This document shows, one piece after another, positions 1 to 9,230 of a stretch of DNA of 58,054 nt (position 1 is its first letter; every line of letters begins with the position of its first letter). The notes beneath the pieces are model-generated. The model worked only from the letters and a program-made list of their open reading frames with translations, ran no database searches and was not told the DNA's origin. Source of the DNA: a virus (taxonomy: Duplodnaviria > Caudoviricetes); the IMG/VR virus record IMGVR_UViG_3300036851_000122, positions 1 through 58,054 of that record; one strand, given 5' to 3'. The translations under genes and the position numbers were made by a program.

Positions 1-23
1 GCGTGCGATAGCTACCGCGTGGG

Positions 24-30
24 AGGACCC
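24..30 (-). other. cosQ-like packaging signal (GGGTCCT)
   Basis: The minus strand reads GGGTCCT followed by exactly 23 nt to the window end. This is the same sequence and spacing as lambda cosQ relative to the lambda genome end, and the genome encodes a GpA-like terminase. Confidence 0.5.
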
Positions 31-685
31 CCACCCCAGAGGGATGGATGCAAAACTCCCTCTCAGAGGGGACAGGTAGACATCACCACCTGACGGAGGG
101 TGTCGCATAGTCATACACTCCCCCTGAGACCCCCGCAAGAGGGAGGCAGTAGGGTAGGGGGCAGGTCGGTAGCACACATCCCCTCAATGTAGGGTATGGT
201 AGCTAGGGCAGGCAAGGGCGGGCAAGCGGCCCGTAGGTATTTGAGGTACAGCCCCCTAGCAGGCAGTTGCCTCTAATGGCTTGACCCTTGGGTCATACCT
301 GCCTATAGGCGTGTACAGACTTCCAGCCAACTAGGCAGGTAGCTCGGCAGCTAGGTAGGTGGCATGGGCGAGCGGGTAGGTAACACGTCAGCCAAAAGGC
401 TGCCAGGGCGAGGGCAAAATAGCCGGGGCAATAGGGGGCTGGCGGTTATTTTGGCGTTTATTAGCAAATATTTTGCACGCCAGAAGTTAGAAGTGGCAAA
501 GGGTTTATGGCGTGTACGGGGGGCAGTTTGCAGGTGGCATCCCCTCAAGTGGGGGTTGGCATGTTTGGCGGGCTGGTCGATACTGCCCCACGTTGACGCC
601 TAGCACGTTAGTTGCCCCCGCATTTTCGCTCGCCCTAGTGGGCAGCACGGTAGGGCTTACTAGCAGCTAGGGTTACACAAGGGGA

Positions 686-1159
686 ATGACAATGGCTAAG
701 GCTTCTTTCAAGGTTGCAGTGCTACCGGAGCTACGTAGCAAGGTGCTCGACAAGGAACGCCACGACGGGGCGACCGCAGGCAAGACAACTGGTCTCAAGC
801 TGGTTCACTACGTAACGTGCTTGCTGGCAGGCAACGAATCGGCCAAGCTGGACGACGATGCCCTAGCAGCTATGCTGCGGGCTGAATTTCCCAAGCCCCG
901 CAATGGGCAGCATCAGGCCATACCTACTTGGCGGGCTTACTATAACGGCAGCAAGCACGGCATGAACGAGAAGGGTCGCCATAGCACTCGCTACGGCAGC
1001 GATGGGCAGCCCGCTCGTAGGGCGATTGGCGAGGGCAAAGCGAAGGGCAAGGGCAAAGGTGCCAAGGCGAAGGCGAACGGTAAGCCCGCTGGTAAGGGCA
1101 AGGCTAAGGCAGCCCGCAAGCCCAAGGCAGCCACCAGCGAACCCGTAGCCGCTGAGTAG
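686..1159 (+). CDS. Hypothetical protein with Lys/Ala/Gly-rich histone H1-like C-terminus, possible DNA-binding early protein
   Basis: 157 aa ORF with purine-rich RBS ACAAGGGGA, KAKGKGK repeats and a downstream terminator. Confidence 0.65.
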   Translation: MTMAKASFKVAVLPELRSKVLDKERHDGATAGKTTGLKLVHYVTCLLAGNESAKLDDDALAAMLRAEFPKPRNGQHQAIPTWRAYYNGSKHGMNEKGRHSTRYGSDGQPARRAIGEGKAKGKGKGAKAKANGKPAGKGKAKAARKPKAATSEPVAAE

Positions 1160-1194
1160 TGTCCCCTTGTGGTTGCCCACTCGCGGCAAGCACG

Positions 1195-1230
1195 ACCCCG
1201 CCAGTAGCCCTAGTGCTGGCGGGGTTTTTT
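1195..1230 (+). terminator. Intrinsic terminator
   Basis: ACCCCGCCAG/CTGGCGGGGT stem followed by a T run, after gene 686-1159. Confidence 0.85.
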
Positions 1231-1450
1231 CGTAGGCTGACAAGATGCCAGCCAGCTACTAGCAGATATCCCACCATCGGGCAGGCGGCAAATAGCCTGC
1301 CATTTTGGCAGCCCGTATAAACGCCTAGGCAGCCCGCTGGCGGGCTTTTGTGGGAAAAGGTACCTAAGTAGCCACCTAGGCCGGCGAGGGCTACAGCGGG
1401 GCTGCTAGGGGCCTAGGCGGGCAAACCGTGGCAAGGGCTACCCGCCAACG

Positions 1451-1478
1451 AAAACAGCCAGCGGGTTAGGCTGGCTGT
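1451..1478 (-). terminator. Intrinsic terminator
   Basis: ACAGCCAGC/GCTGGCTGT stem with AAAA on its left (U tail on the minus strand), downstream of ORF 1510-1737. Confidence 0.65.
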
Positions 1479-1509
1479 AGGGCGGATCGGTTGTAGGGTA
1501 GGGCTAGGG

Positions 1510-1737
1510 CTAGTGGTGATAATCGGCAAGGGCCGCACGTATGGTAGCCGCACCATCAGGCACCTCGCTAATCATCAGCACGGCAGCAACAAGCGACTGC
1601 GAGCTAGATAGTGCTGCCCAAGTCGCAAATTGCTGAGGGCAACACCAGGGGCATGGCCACTCGTACTGCCCATCGTCACCAATCTGCCTGTTATCGCAAA
1701 CGTGACAGGTGGTCCTTGAAGCCGTTTTCATTGTCAT
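1510..1737 (-). CDS. Small Zn-ribbon-like hypothetical protein
   Basis: CHVC...CPWC; its 20-nt start region is identical to that of gene 686. Confidence 0.6.
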   Translation of the reverse strand: MTMKTASRTTCHVCDNRQIGDDGQYEWPCPWCCPQQFATWAALSSSQSLVAAVLMISEVPDGAATIRAALADYHH

Positions 1738-2207
1738 TCCCCTTGTGTTTTGGTAGCGGCTACCGCAAGCGAAAGCCCGCAGCTAAGCACTACCAATCGG
1801 CTAATGGTAGGGTAAGCAATAGGTGTTGTCAAGCGGGTGGCAACAAAGCCACGCGGGGCTGACGGTCAGTAGGGCAAGCAACACGCCGCACGGGGCTGAG
1901 CACCACGATTAATGCACACCCTCACAGCGGAGGGAAGGCGGTGGATTAGGAAGGATACCCCACTTTGAGGTGCCTGGTGGGAAGGAGCCCTAACCAGGGG
2001 AGGGAAGCATGTAGCAGAACAATACACCAGGGAGGGAATGGCTGATATCCCACCTAGGAGGGGTGCCTCTTGGGAACCCCCACTTTGGAGGGAGGTTACC
2101 CATACTCCCCCATTGTAGGTAAGAGGTCCGCAATAGGAAAAGGAGGTTTTGCTGTACGGGGGATATAGCGTTTTGAATCTGTAAAAAATTCCCCGATTTT
2201 CGAAACG

Positions 2208-2238
2208 CAAACCCTCGGGGGATTCCCAAAGGGTTTTT
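2208..2238. terminator. Possible bidirectional terminator hairpin
   Basis: AAACCCT...AGGGTTT stem with a T run, at the end of the leftward replication operon. Confidence 0.5.
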
Positions 2239-2268
2239 GGAGTTTATTAGCAAACTAGGGGCCGGGCC

Positions 2269-2460
2269 TCAGTGCGTATCAGCCAGGGCAGAAGACTGCG
2301 TGTCACGCTGACCAATACATGACTCCAGTTCTACTATCTTCTTCTCAGCAGCCAAGAGGCGGGCATTCAAGTCCACCACCATCTTGGAGAGGGCCATAAA
2401 CTTGTCAGGCGTCATATCCTCAAAGCTGGCTTCCAGGTCTTTATAAATCTGTTGGTCCAT
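2269..2460 (-). CDS. Hypothetical coiled-coil protein
   Basis: MDQQIY start with GGAG RBS; heptad-like LNARLLAAEKKIVELE. Confidence 0.6.
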   Translation of the reverse strand: MDQQIYKDLEASFEDMTPDKFMALSKMVVDLNARLLAAEKKIVELESCIGQRDTQSSALADTH

Positions 2461-2510
2461 TGCAATTCTCCGATAGTCATGAAGGTTGGCGAGCAGAAAT
2501 CCACGTGGTG

Positions 2511-2723
2511 TCATGTTTTCAGGTCTGGCAGCCCCTCCGCTGGTGGTGCGTTCCTTCTGCTTTCACGTTGTACAGCCTCCCACACCTCCTGCCTGTGAAT
2601 GGGTACGCTATCGGGGGCTTCGATGCCGAGGCGTACCTTGTTACCACGGATATCAACGATGGTGACGGTTATGTTATCACCGATTTTGATGCTTTCGTCT
2701 CGGTGTCTGCTTAGTACGAGCAT
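2511..2723 (-). CDS. csrA: Carbon storage regulator CsrA/RsmA (RNA-binding translational regulator)
   Basis: MLVLSRHRDESIKIGDNITVTIVDIRGNKVRLGIEAPDSVPIHRQE is the canonical CsrA pattern. Confidence 0.97.
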   Translation of the reverse strand: MLVLSRHRDESIKIGDNITVTIVDIRGNKVRLGIEAPDSVPIHRQEVWEAVQRESRRNAPPAEGLPDLKT

Positions 2724-2973
2724 TCTTTTCCTCCTTACGTTTGAGTTTGATCCACTCGGCCATTTTCAGAATTCTGTCGTCTATGTCCACCCGTTCAGAA
2801 GGGTCCGTAATCTTCTGTGGCTCATAACCCAGTTCAAGAGCTACAAGAACTTCAGACTTTGGGACAACGTCACACGTAATAGAACTCATCCCGTCTGACA
2901 AGTAGGTCTTGTAATTCCTAAGCCTTAGAACGTCTGCCACGTTTGGCTCCTTTAGCAGTAGTAGGTAGTCCAT
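2677..2973 (-). CDS. Hypothetical protein (start uncertain)
   Basis: ORF fills the gap between primase and csrA and overlaps both. Confidence 0.35.
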   Translation of the reverse strand: MDYLLLLKEPNVADVLRLRNYKTYLSDGMSSITCDVVPKSEVLVALELGYEPQKITDPSERVDIDDRILKMAEWIKLKRKEEKNARTKQTPRRKHQNR

Positions 2974-5278
2974 TAGTCAGCCCATACACATTTGCCCAGA
3001 GGGCTGCCATCTGTGGGGAAAGAACCCATCTATGCCGGTCGCGGCCTCTCTGCCCGGAGTTGTTAGGTTCCGTCTGACGTTTGATGATGCCGAACTCTAG
3101 CAAGTCGCCTAGCATTCGACGGGTGGTGGTTTCTGGAGCAGCAATGACCGAACAGAGCTCGCGTTGGTCGAGACCAATGGATAGCGAAGCAAAACCATTG
3201 GTGGCCTTCCCGTCCGCGAAGTGTACGCTTGCTAGTTGGGAGACAATCTCGTACTGGAACCCCATGCTGGTATCGTTGACAATCTTCAATAGCAGTCGAA
3301 CTATCTCATCGTCGTATTCGTCATGTCCAAGGACCAGTGCGAGGAAGAACCCCATCTTTGTCAGCTGGGAACAGATTCGAGTTCCGAACTCAGTTCGAGG
3401 TTTATAGATAGGATCATCGGTTTTTTGGAGTCGTGCTCGCATTTTAGCAACGAACTGACCCATTGCTTCAAGGTGGAGCTCTCGATCACTAGAGAGACGG
3501 GGGATCGGAAACGTCTTGAGGTTTTCCTTGAGATACTTGATGAATCCGTACGTGACTTGTTTGATGAACTCTGGGGCATCGGCTTTGTCCTCATCTGCAA
3601 TAGGTTGGAAACCGTCTAGTAAGGAGGCATAGGTATTCTTGATGGACCGCTTGAGGTACAGCCCATTGTCTGTTTCGTCACGACTGACAATCTCACAGTC
3701 GAGGAACCGCTCGCCTAGGAAAGTGCGATTGAGAGCTCGCAGACTATCTGTGCCACAGAGGATGAATGTCATGCGGATGTTTTCAAAATCGTCCCCTGTT
3801 TTGTTGCGGTACTCAGAGCGGCTGGTGCCGTCGTACAGGTCACGTAGCTCACGGAGGATTTGGTCGCGGTTGGGGCTGTTGCTGAGCGTGTCGGCATCCT
3901 TCATGACAACAGTATGATTGTTATACTTAGGGATAAGACTGGCGGTTTCACCAGAACCGCTGGGGTCCACAAAGCCTGAATGGAATCCAGTAATTACGGA
4001 TTTTGGCATGACCCATTCGCGGGCGGCAGACACAGCTTCAGCGAGGGTGGACTTTAGCGAACCGGGGGGGCCGATTACACGTAGCCAGAGATGGTTGGTC
4101 TTCTCGGCTTCTGTGCTAAGGATTGCTGCCAGCATGATCGCGAGGGTGTCTTTGATGTTTTGGGTAAAGTGATAGACCTTCTCGTAGTCCTGACAGAGCT
4201 CATCGAAGCTAGTGCGTTCAATCGGTTTGACCTTGGGTTCTTCTTGGGCCGCTGCTTTTGTGGGAGAAGTGAAGGAGACTTCCTTGAGCATGGCAAGCAA
4301 ACCGGCAAGGCCAAGCGGGAAACCTCTGGGCACGCCTTTGGCTTCGGCGTCCCGTGGTAAGTGTGTGGTCAGGTGGTCACGCACATCCCAACCGTCGGGC
4401 AGGTCAGGGTTGTGCCCGCCGTCAGTATGCCAATGAAGAGTTCGCAGGCGGATAGGCTGCTTGGCAGATTTGCAGAGCAAACTGCGGATACGTTCCATTC
4501 CATCCCAGCCAGGACGGACGTGCTTGCCACGTACGACCATAAGCTCACCAGCCTTCTCATGATCGGCTGGATAGAGCTTGGGGTGGTCATTATCAAAGAG
4601 GAGATCGACTTCCTTACCGTCGAGGTACTCGAACCATTCAAGCTGGAAGTTGTTGGCACCGGGAGCTGCCAGGATGGCGGTACTGGCATAGAGCACCTTG
4701 GCCGGGTCGCTGGATTTTATTAGCTTACCTTTGCCCGCGTCCCGATGGGTGGTCAAGGCGTCGTACATGGCACACCCGTCCCACAGCCCTTCGTTGACTG
4801 CCAGCTTGCTTTTGGCCGGTTGCCTCCTATATTCTGCAAGGCCAAAGGGGTGAATCTTGCAGGTGGGGGTTCCTCGCAGTGCCCAAATGTCTCCAGCTAC
4901 GTTTACGTAGCGATAGAGATTGGATAGGACACCCTTTGTGTTGTGGGCTGGAACAATCCACTCGTTGGTGATTATGGATTTGGCAAGCTCGAACGTGCGG
5001 AGACTTTCAACAGAGACCCCTTTCCACTGGGCTAGTTTCTCATAATCCTGTTGGGTGGTTTTAGTGAAGCTGGTTTCATGAAGCATTGCCAGGAAGGTGT
5101 ACACGTTTCCCTCGGCCATGCACCGCTGGCACTTCATGCGACCGTCTTCTACTTTGACAAAGAAGTGGTTGTTTTTGAGGCAGAAGGGGCAGGTGCCTAA
5201 GGCCCACTCTTTGTCTTTCCAGTCGAGGGTGATGCCATGGAATTCATACGGGCGGAGTTTTTCAGGTGCTTGCGTCAT
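2918..5278 (-). CDS. Primase-helicase: Zn finger + TOPRIM + AAA+ (MCM-like) ATPase
   Basis: CPFC..CQRC Zn finger; NEGLWDG, FDND and DVRD TOPRIM motifs; Walker A GPPGSLKST; Walker B VVMKD; LRDLYDG. Confidence 0.85.
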   Translation of the reverse strand: MTQAPEKLRPYEFHGITLDWKDKEWALGTCPFCLKNNHFFVKVEDGRMKCQRCMAEGNVYTFLAMLHETSFTKTTQQDYEKLAQWKGVSVESLRTFELAKSIITNEWIVPAHNTKGVLSNLYRYVNVAGDIWALRGTPTCKIHPFGLAEYRRQPAKSKLAVNEGLWDGCAMYDALTTHRDAGKGKLIKSSDPAKVLYASTAILAAPGANNFQLEWFEYLDGKEVDLLFDNDHPKLYPADHEKAGELMVVRGKHVRPGWDGMERIRSLLCKSAKQPIRLRTLHWHTDGGHNPDLPDGWDVRDHLTTHLPRDAEAKGVPRGFPLGLAGLLAMLKEVSFTSPTKAAAQEEPKVKPIERTSFDELCQDYEKVYHFTQNIKDTLAIMLAAILSTEAEKTNHLWLRVIGPPGSLKSTLAEAVSAAREWVMPKSVITGFHSGFVDPSGSGETASLIPKYNNHTVVMKDADTLSNSPNRDQILRELRDLYDGTSRSEYRNKTGDDFENIRMTFILCGTDSLRALNRTFLGERFLDCEIVSRDETDNGLYLKRSIKNTYASLLDGFQPIADEDKADAPEFIKQVTYGFIKYLKENLKTFPIPRLSSDRELHLEAMGQFVAKMRARLQKTDDPIYKPRTEFGTRICSQLTKMGFFLALVLGHDEYDDEIVRLLLKIVNDTSMGFQYEIVSQLASVHFADGKATNGFASLSIGLDQRELCSVIAAPETTTRRMLGDLLEFGIIKRQTEPNNSGQRGRDRHRWVLSPQMAALWANVYGLTNGLPTTAKGAKRGRRSKA

Positions 5279-5279
5279 G

Positions 5280-5561
5280 TTATCCGTTGTATCCCATAAA
5301 TGCGGCTAGGAGGGTGTTGAACTCTCCGGAGCGTAGTCTTCGGGCGACTTCTGGACAGTGGGGGTGGTGGCCATACTTTGTTTCTGAAGACTGAGCCAGT
5401 TCTTCTGCATACTGCTGAGGAGATAGGCCACGTTGAGCGGCCGACTCTGGGCTGCCTGAGTCTTGCTGGCGGGCGTACCTCAGTGCTTCGGCTATGTCCT
5501 CGTATGTTAGTATAGTATCTCCATGCCTAGCTCTTTGGTGTGCCGGTAGATAATGTCCCAA
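5280..5561 (-). CDS. Hypothetical protein (start uncertain)
   Basis: ORF abuts the primase start in the operon orientation. Confidence 0.35.
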   Translation of the reverse strand: MGHYLPAHQRARHGDTILTYEDIAEALRYARQQDSGSPESAAQRGLSPQQYAEELAQSSETKYGHHPHCPEVARRLRSGEFNTLLAAFMGYNG

Positions 5562-5851
5562 CCGCTAGAGATACAGTTTTCTCCGACGGCGGGGTGGACA
5601 AGGACCAAGTAGGCCCCTTCCTTGCGTACGATCTCGAGGAACTTGGCTATGTCGGAAAATCGGTAAACGTGGAGACAGTAATACAAAGGTTCCTCCGAGC
5701 ATTGAGGCTGTTTAGCTCCTGCTTGGACCTCAAGCACCTCCGTGTCCTGGGCGAGCAACAAACCGCTAGGGAGTTCTTCAACAGCACCGCGTACAACTTT
5801 GCGAAGTGGTTGGGAAGGAGTAGGATTACAGTAGGGACGTTCAGGCGGCAT
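5507..5851 (-). CDS. Hypothetical protein
   Basis: MPPERP start with AAAGGA RBS, coupled to the upstream HAD gene. Confidence 0.5.
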   Translation of the reverse strand: MPPERPYCNPTPSQPLRKVVRGAVEELPSGLLLAQDTEVLEVQAGAKQPQCSEEPLYYCLHVYRFSDIAKFLEIVRKEGAYLVLVHPAVGENCISSGWDIIYRHTKELGMEILY

Positions 5852-6503
5852 TGCAGTTCCTTTCTGCAAAGTACCTCTTGATGAATGCCAGGGGGTTATT
5901 AGCAAACTGATAGTTTACGTTCCAGGGCTGGGGAAACACAAGGGCATTGCCGGGCTTGCTGTAGCGGGCTTGACACTCCATCATCCAGGCGTTGATGTTC
6001 TTTTCGTAATCATCGATGAGCAGAGAGTCTGGAGCAACTAGCCGCCACTTGTTGGCTGGAACGTCCAGACCGGATATGGTTATAAGCTCCAGGTCCTGCA
6101 TACCATACTGGTTTAGTAGATGGCGTGCTCCAGCGTTGGCGTGAGGATGCCAGTCGCTATGAGACAGGATGCATAGATGCTTGCAGTTATCCTTGAGGAA
6201 GCCTACAAGCAGTTGGTTCCAGGTGTAAGGCAGAAGCCGTTTCCAGAACGTTGGGTCTGTCCTGGTGGGCCGCATGAACTCTTCGTTGTCTGGGAAGAGG
6301 TTCTTACCGTTGGAGTTGGATAGGTACTTCTGTAAGGTCTGGCCTACTGGCCAGTTCTTGTAGAGAACGCCGCGACTCAGCATCTCTGGGCCGTTTTGGT
6401 GGATATGCGAAAGGTCCATCCCTTCGCGTTGGTGCATACGTGCTGCTTCCGTATGGAAGTCAAACAGTACGCCGTACAGGTCTAGGAAGATGGTGTGGAA
6501 CAT
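5841..6503 (-). CDS. HAD-family 5'(3')-deoxyribonucleotidase-like protein
   Basis: IFLDLYGVLFDF motif I, LLIDD motif IV, VFPQPWN tail. Confidence 0.75.
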   Translation of the reverse strand: MFHTIFLDLYGVLFDFHTEAARMHQREGMDLSHIHQNGPEMLSRGVLYKNWPVGQTLQKYLSNSNGKNLFPDNEEFMRPTRTDPTFWKRLLPYTWNQLLVGFLKDNCKHLCILSHSDWHPHANAGARHLLNQYGMQDLELITISGLDVPANKWRLVAPDSLLIDDYEKNINAWMMECQARYSKPGNALVFPQPWNVNYQFANNPLAFIKRYFAERNCNAA

Positions 6504-6539
6504 TTTGGGACGGGCCTAAATTCTGTGGGAGAAAGGATG

Positions 6540-7184
6540 TTACTGACGAGACACACCAAAGAAATCGCAGAGGGCCTGAACGTGAGGGGCGATTCTAACA
6601 CCATCAAGGGTTGCTGCATATCGCATGAAGAACCTAGCAGCATCTTGGGCGTTTCTGAATCGCACCCTTGATTCCTCGGCGTTCCGTTGAGAGCGGAGGC
6701 TAGCTGCTAGGTCATCGCTGTCTATTGCGTCCTTCATTTCCTTCGACATCCGAGCGGCAGGTCTGGCGGCTTCAACCTTAGTGACTATTTCACCGTCTGT
6801 CAGGGGGCGGTTTGGAACTGTACCACCGCGGTCCACCTGCTTGCGGTGTTCAATCTCTGCTTCCACCAATAGCAAGTAGCGGCGGAGATCGCGAAGGGTT
6901 TCCAGAATGGACTCGCTGCCGCCTACGCCGGCTTCAATGCGAGCGAAGATATCGTACTCAGGGATTTCCTTCTGCCACTCTGGTCCAGGTGGGATACGAT
7001 AGGTGGCTTTGGCAGGAACCTTCAGTTGCTCCTCCAGACGGTCCCACTTACGGGCGATGCCTTGGTGGAAGGCTCCTGTACCTCCACGCTTCTTCCAGGA
7101 GGAGCCGTACTCAGCATCCTTCTTGATGAGGGTTTGGATGTCAATGCTGGCGATGGTTTCGAGTGTCAGTTGCAGATTGTTCAT
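6540..7184 (-). CDS. Nucleotide-modification-associated domain 1 (Nmad1/DUF1599-like all-alpha protein)
   Basis: KDAEYGSSWKKRG...RKWDRL...ETLRDLRRYLLL pattern; lies in the modification cluster. Confidence 0.7.
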   Translation of the reverse strand: MNNLQLTLETIASIDIQTLIKKDAEYGSSWKKRGGTGAFHQGIARKWDRLEEQLKVPAKATYRIPPGPEWQKEIPEYDIFARIEAGVGGSESILETLRDLRRYLLLVEAEIEHRKQVDRGGTVPNRPLTDGEIVTKVEAARPAARMSKEMKDAIDSDDLAASLRSQRNAEESRVRFRNAQDAARFFMRYAATLDGVRIAPHVQALCDFFGVSRQ

Positions 7185-7501
7185 TTTCCGTCGTCCTTAC
7201 GCATAGTTTTGTCAACGGGCTTTCCGCATACTGGGCAGAACGAGCCGAACACGGTCTTCTTGCTTCCCTTTAACTTGGGGTTGATTTTGGCTGTTGGCAG
7301 AGGCAGGGCAACGCGGTAGGTGCCGTCCTTGAAGTTTATCACGAGCTCTGTTTCCAGACAGGTGTTGTACTTCGCGAGCTCTTTGTCAATCTGCTGTATG
7401 CACTTGCACCCCTTCTTAGCTGGCTTTCGTACTTTGGGTTTTGTCTTCATAGTCTTCACGCATGGGACGGGGACGCAGTAAGGTATCTTGGACGTACTCA
7501 A
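7181..7501 (-). CDS. Hypothetical Cys-containing protein
   Basis: CKCI...FCPVCG; stop overlaps the next start. Confidence 0.55.
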   Translation of the reverse strand: MSTSKIPYCVPVPCVKTMKTKPKVRKPAKKGCKCIQQIDKELAKYNTCLETELVINFKDGTYRVALPLPTAKINPKLKGSKKTVFGSFCPVCGKPVDKTMRKDDGK

Positions 7502-7715
7502 GTTCTCCTGTGCAACTATGGCGGATGAGTGTGAAACGTGTGCAAGCTACAACTCCGGAGACTGTGGGTACTTGGTCCACTATACGACGGATGGGAACCA
7601 GAATGTTGGGCATAGCTGGATCAGACACTAGGACTATTCGTCCCGTCTTGTAGCCACCATCTTTGGCAGACGTCCATTCGACCTCGAGTGCTCTTCGGGC
7701 AGTATCGATCGTCAT
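7416..7715 (-). CDS. Hypothetical protein
   Basis: ATGA overlap with the upstream small ORF. Confidence 0.45.
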   Translation of the reverse strand: MTIDTARRALEVEWTSAKDGGYKTGRIVLVSDPAMPNILVPIRRIVDQVPTVSGVVACTRFTLIRHSCTGELEYVQDTLLRPRPMREDYEDKTQSTKAS

Positions 7716-7825
7716 ATCAGCCCTCCAAAGAAGAGAACGAATGCCAGTATAGCCATCAGGATGACCATCAGGCAGCTTTGGAAGCAGAAGTGCAACAGGT
7801 CTTTAATCAGTTCGTAGAGAGGCAT
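7712..7825 (-). CDS. Small membrane protein
   Basis: MPLYELIK..., one hydrophobic helix, AAAGGA RBS. Confidence 0.4.
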   Translation of the reverse strand: MPLYELIKDLLHFCFQSCLMVILMAILAFVLFFGGLI

Positions 7826-8942
7826 TAGTGTTCCTTTCCTGCCAGGCATAGGCACGACGTTCAATCCAGGAGCCGCAAGCCATTGACCAATCTGGACTGG
7901 CGATCTCCAAACAGTGAGCGAGAGCACGAGTGTAGTTGCGTGCCTTGTGGTCGTTCCAGGCGAGCAGCATTGGGCGGACGGTGTGCTGGAGAAATTTGTT
8001 GCTGAACTCACTGGAGTAGCAGTTGTACTCCTTAGTGAAGTCTGGTGCATGGAACAAAAAGCCAAGTTCAGTCATGAAATCTTTGCTGTCCTCCGTAAGC
8101 TGAAAGAGGCTTTGAGGACGCAGATGCTGACGGACGTATGGATCAGCAAGTTCACCACTCTTGAGCAGCTTCTCAGGAGACCATTTACCAGACCAGAGAC
8201 CATTGGCTCCTGCATACACATGGAGGTTGTTAGTTATCTGGCTATAGACGTTGGGTTTGAACCCGGTTGCCAGGGACATGTACTCCAGGAGGAAGGAGAA
8301 TGTGACGTAGTTGCTCCCAAGAGCTCCCAGGATCATATCGTTGCTGCGGTTGATAACAGTAAGATCGAGGAAGTCCCCACGTGGGAGGAGCATCACGTCC
8401 AGGTTACAGGGGACGTCTTTGCAAGTGGGAAAATTTTCGACTCTCTTGAGGTCCGTGTGCTCCCACATGCTGAGTACCACACGGCGACAGCTACGGTCTC
8501 TTCTGAGGATGTTGATGGCAGACTCAAGTTGGTGTACCTTCTGCCACCGCTTTCCGTAAGCACCATGCCACGTTATCCCGTCATCGGAGAATTCCCTTAC
8601 CTTGGGAGTAAAGTGCTCGAGGTAGGAAATCTCATCCTTGCCAGCTAGAACCCAGAGGGCCTCAAACAGGTGAAAGAAGGGGTTGGCGTCCCGTTCGTAG
8701 TTGAACAAGCAACGCTCAAGAGGGTTGGTGTAGGTGATGGTTACTGGTTCGTTGATGACCAACACTTCTCCATAGCGGCTGGGGGAATGGGAGATAGGTG
8801 GCTCATAACTCACAGGGAGTTGTTGGCGTTTGTTGAAAGCGTAGGTGTTTGGGTAGATTGCCATTCCCGAGAACCTTCCACTATTGAACCCCTTGCAGAG
8901 TTCAGTAAAGGCGTCGTTGACGTTGCGGTAGTATAGGTGCAT
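7803..8942 (-). CDS. Thymidylate synthase homolog, probable dUMP hydroxymethyltransferase
   Basis: RDANPFFHLFEALW, FSDDG..HGAYG.RW, catalytic KDVPCN, NRSND..LG..SN (Asn typical of dUMP specificity), NNLHVY; resembles the type found in hmdU phages. Confidence 0.8.
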   Translation of the reverse strand: MHLYYRNVNDAFTELCKGFNSGRFSGMAIYPNTYAFNKRQQLPVSYEPPISHSPSRYGEVLVINEPVTITYTNPLERCLFNYERDANPFFHLFEALWVLAGKDEISYLEHFTPKVREFSDDGITWHGAYGKRWQKVHQLESAINILRRDRSCRRVVLSMWEHTDLKRVENFPTCKDVPCNLDVMLLPRGDFLDLTVINRSNDMILGALGSNYVTFSFLLEYMSLATGFKPNVYSQITNNLHVYAGANGLWSGKWSPEKLLKSGELADPYVRQHLRPQSLFQLTEDSKDFMTELGFLFHAPDFTKEYNCYSSEFSNKFLQHTVRPMLLAWNDHKARNYTRALAHCLEIASPDWSMACGSWIERRAYAWQERNTNASLRTD

Positions 8943-9230
8943 CTTGTTTCCTTTGTGAACGAAATCTAGCAACAGTTTGGTGACGCTCCTCCTTCAGCAT
9001 CTCTGTGTACCACTCAGCTATACGTACCTCCTGTGGCTTCATGGTTTTTGTGTATGGCATCCATTCCCAGGCAGTGCAGTCGTGGATGTCTGCCTGTTTG
9101 GGCTGCTTGTCCAAAGCCGCCCCAATGAGGCGGGTGGCGTTTATTAGGTTTTGGGTCCATACTTCGGCGGCGTACCCAGCACCAGAGCGGTGGGGGAGGA
9201 ACAGGGCGAATAGGCGGAGGTTAGCGTGTA
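8902..9230 (-). CDS. Hypothetical protein (3' part of ORF 8902-9510, start uncertain)
   Basis: Fills the gap between the MazG-like and TS-like genes. Confidence 0.3.
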
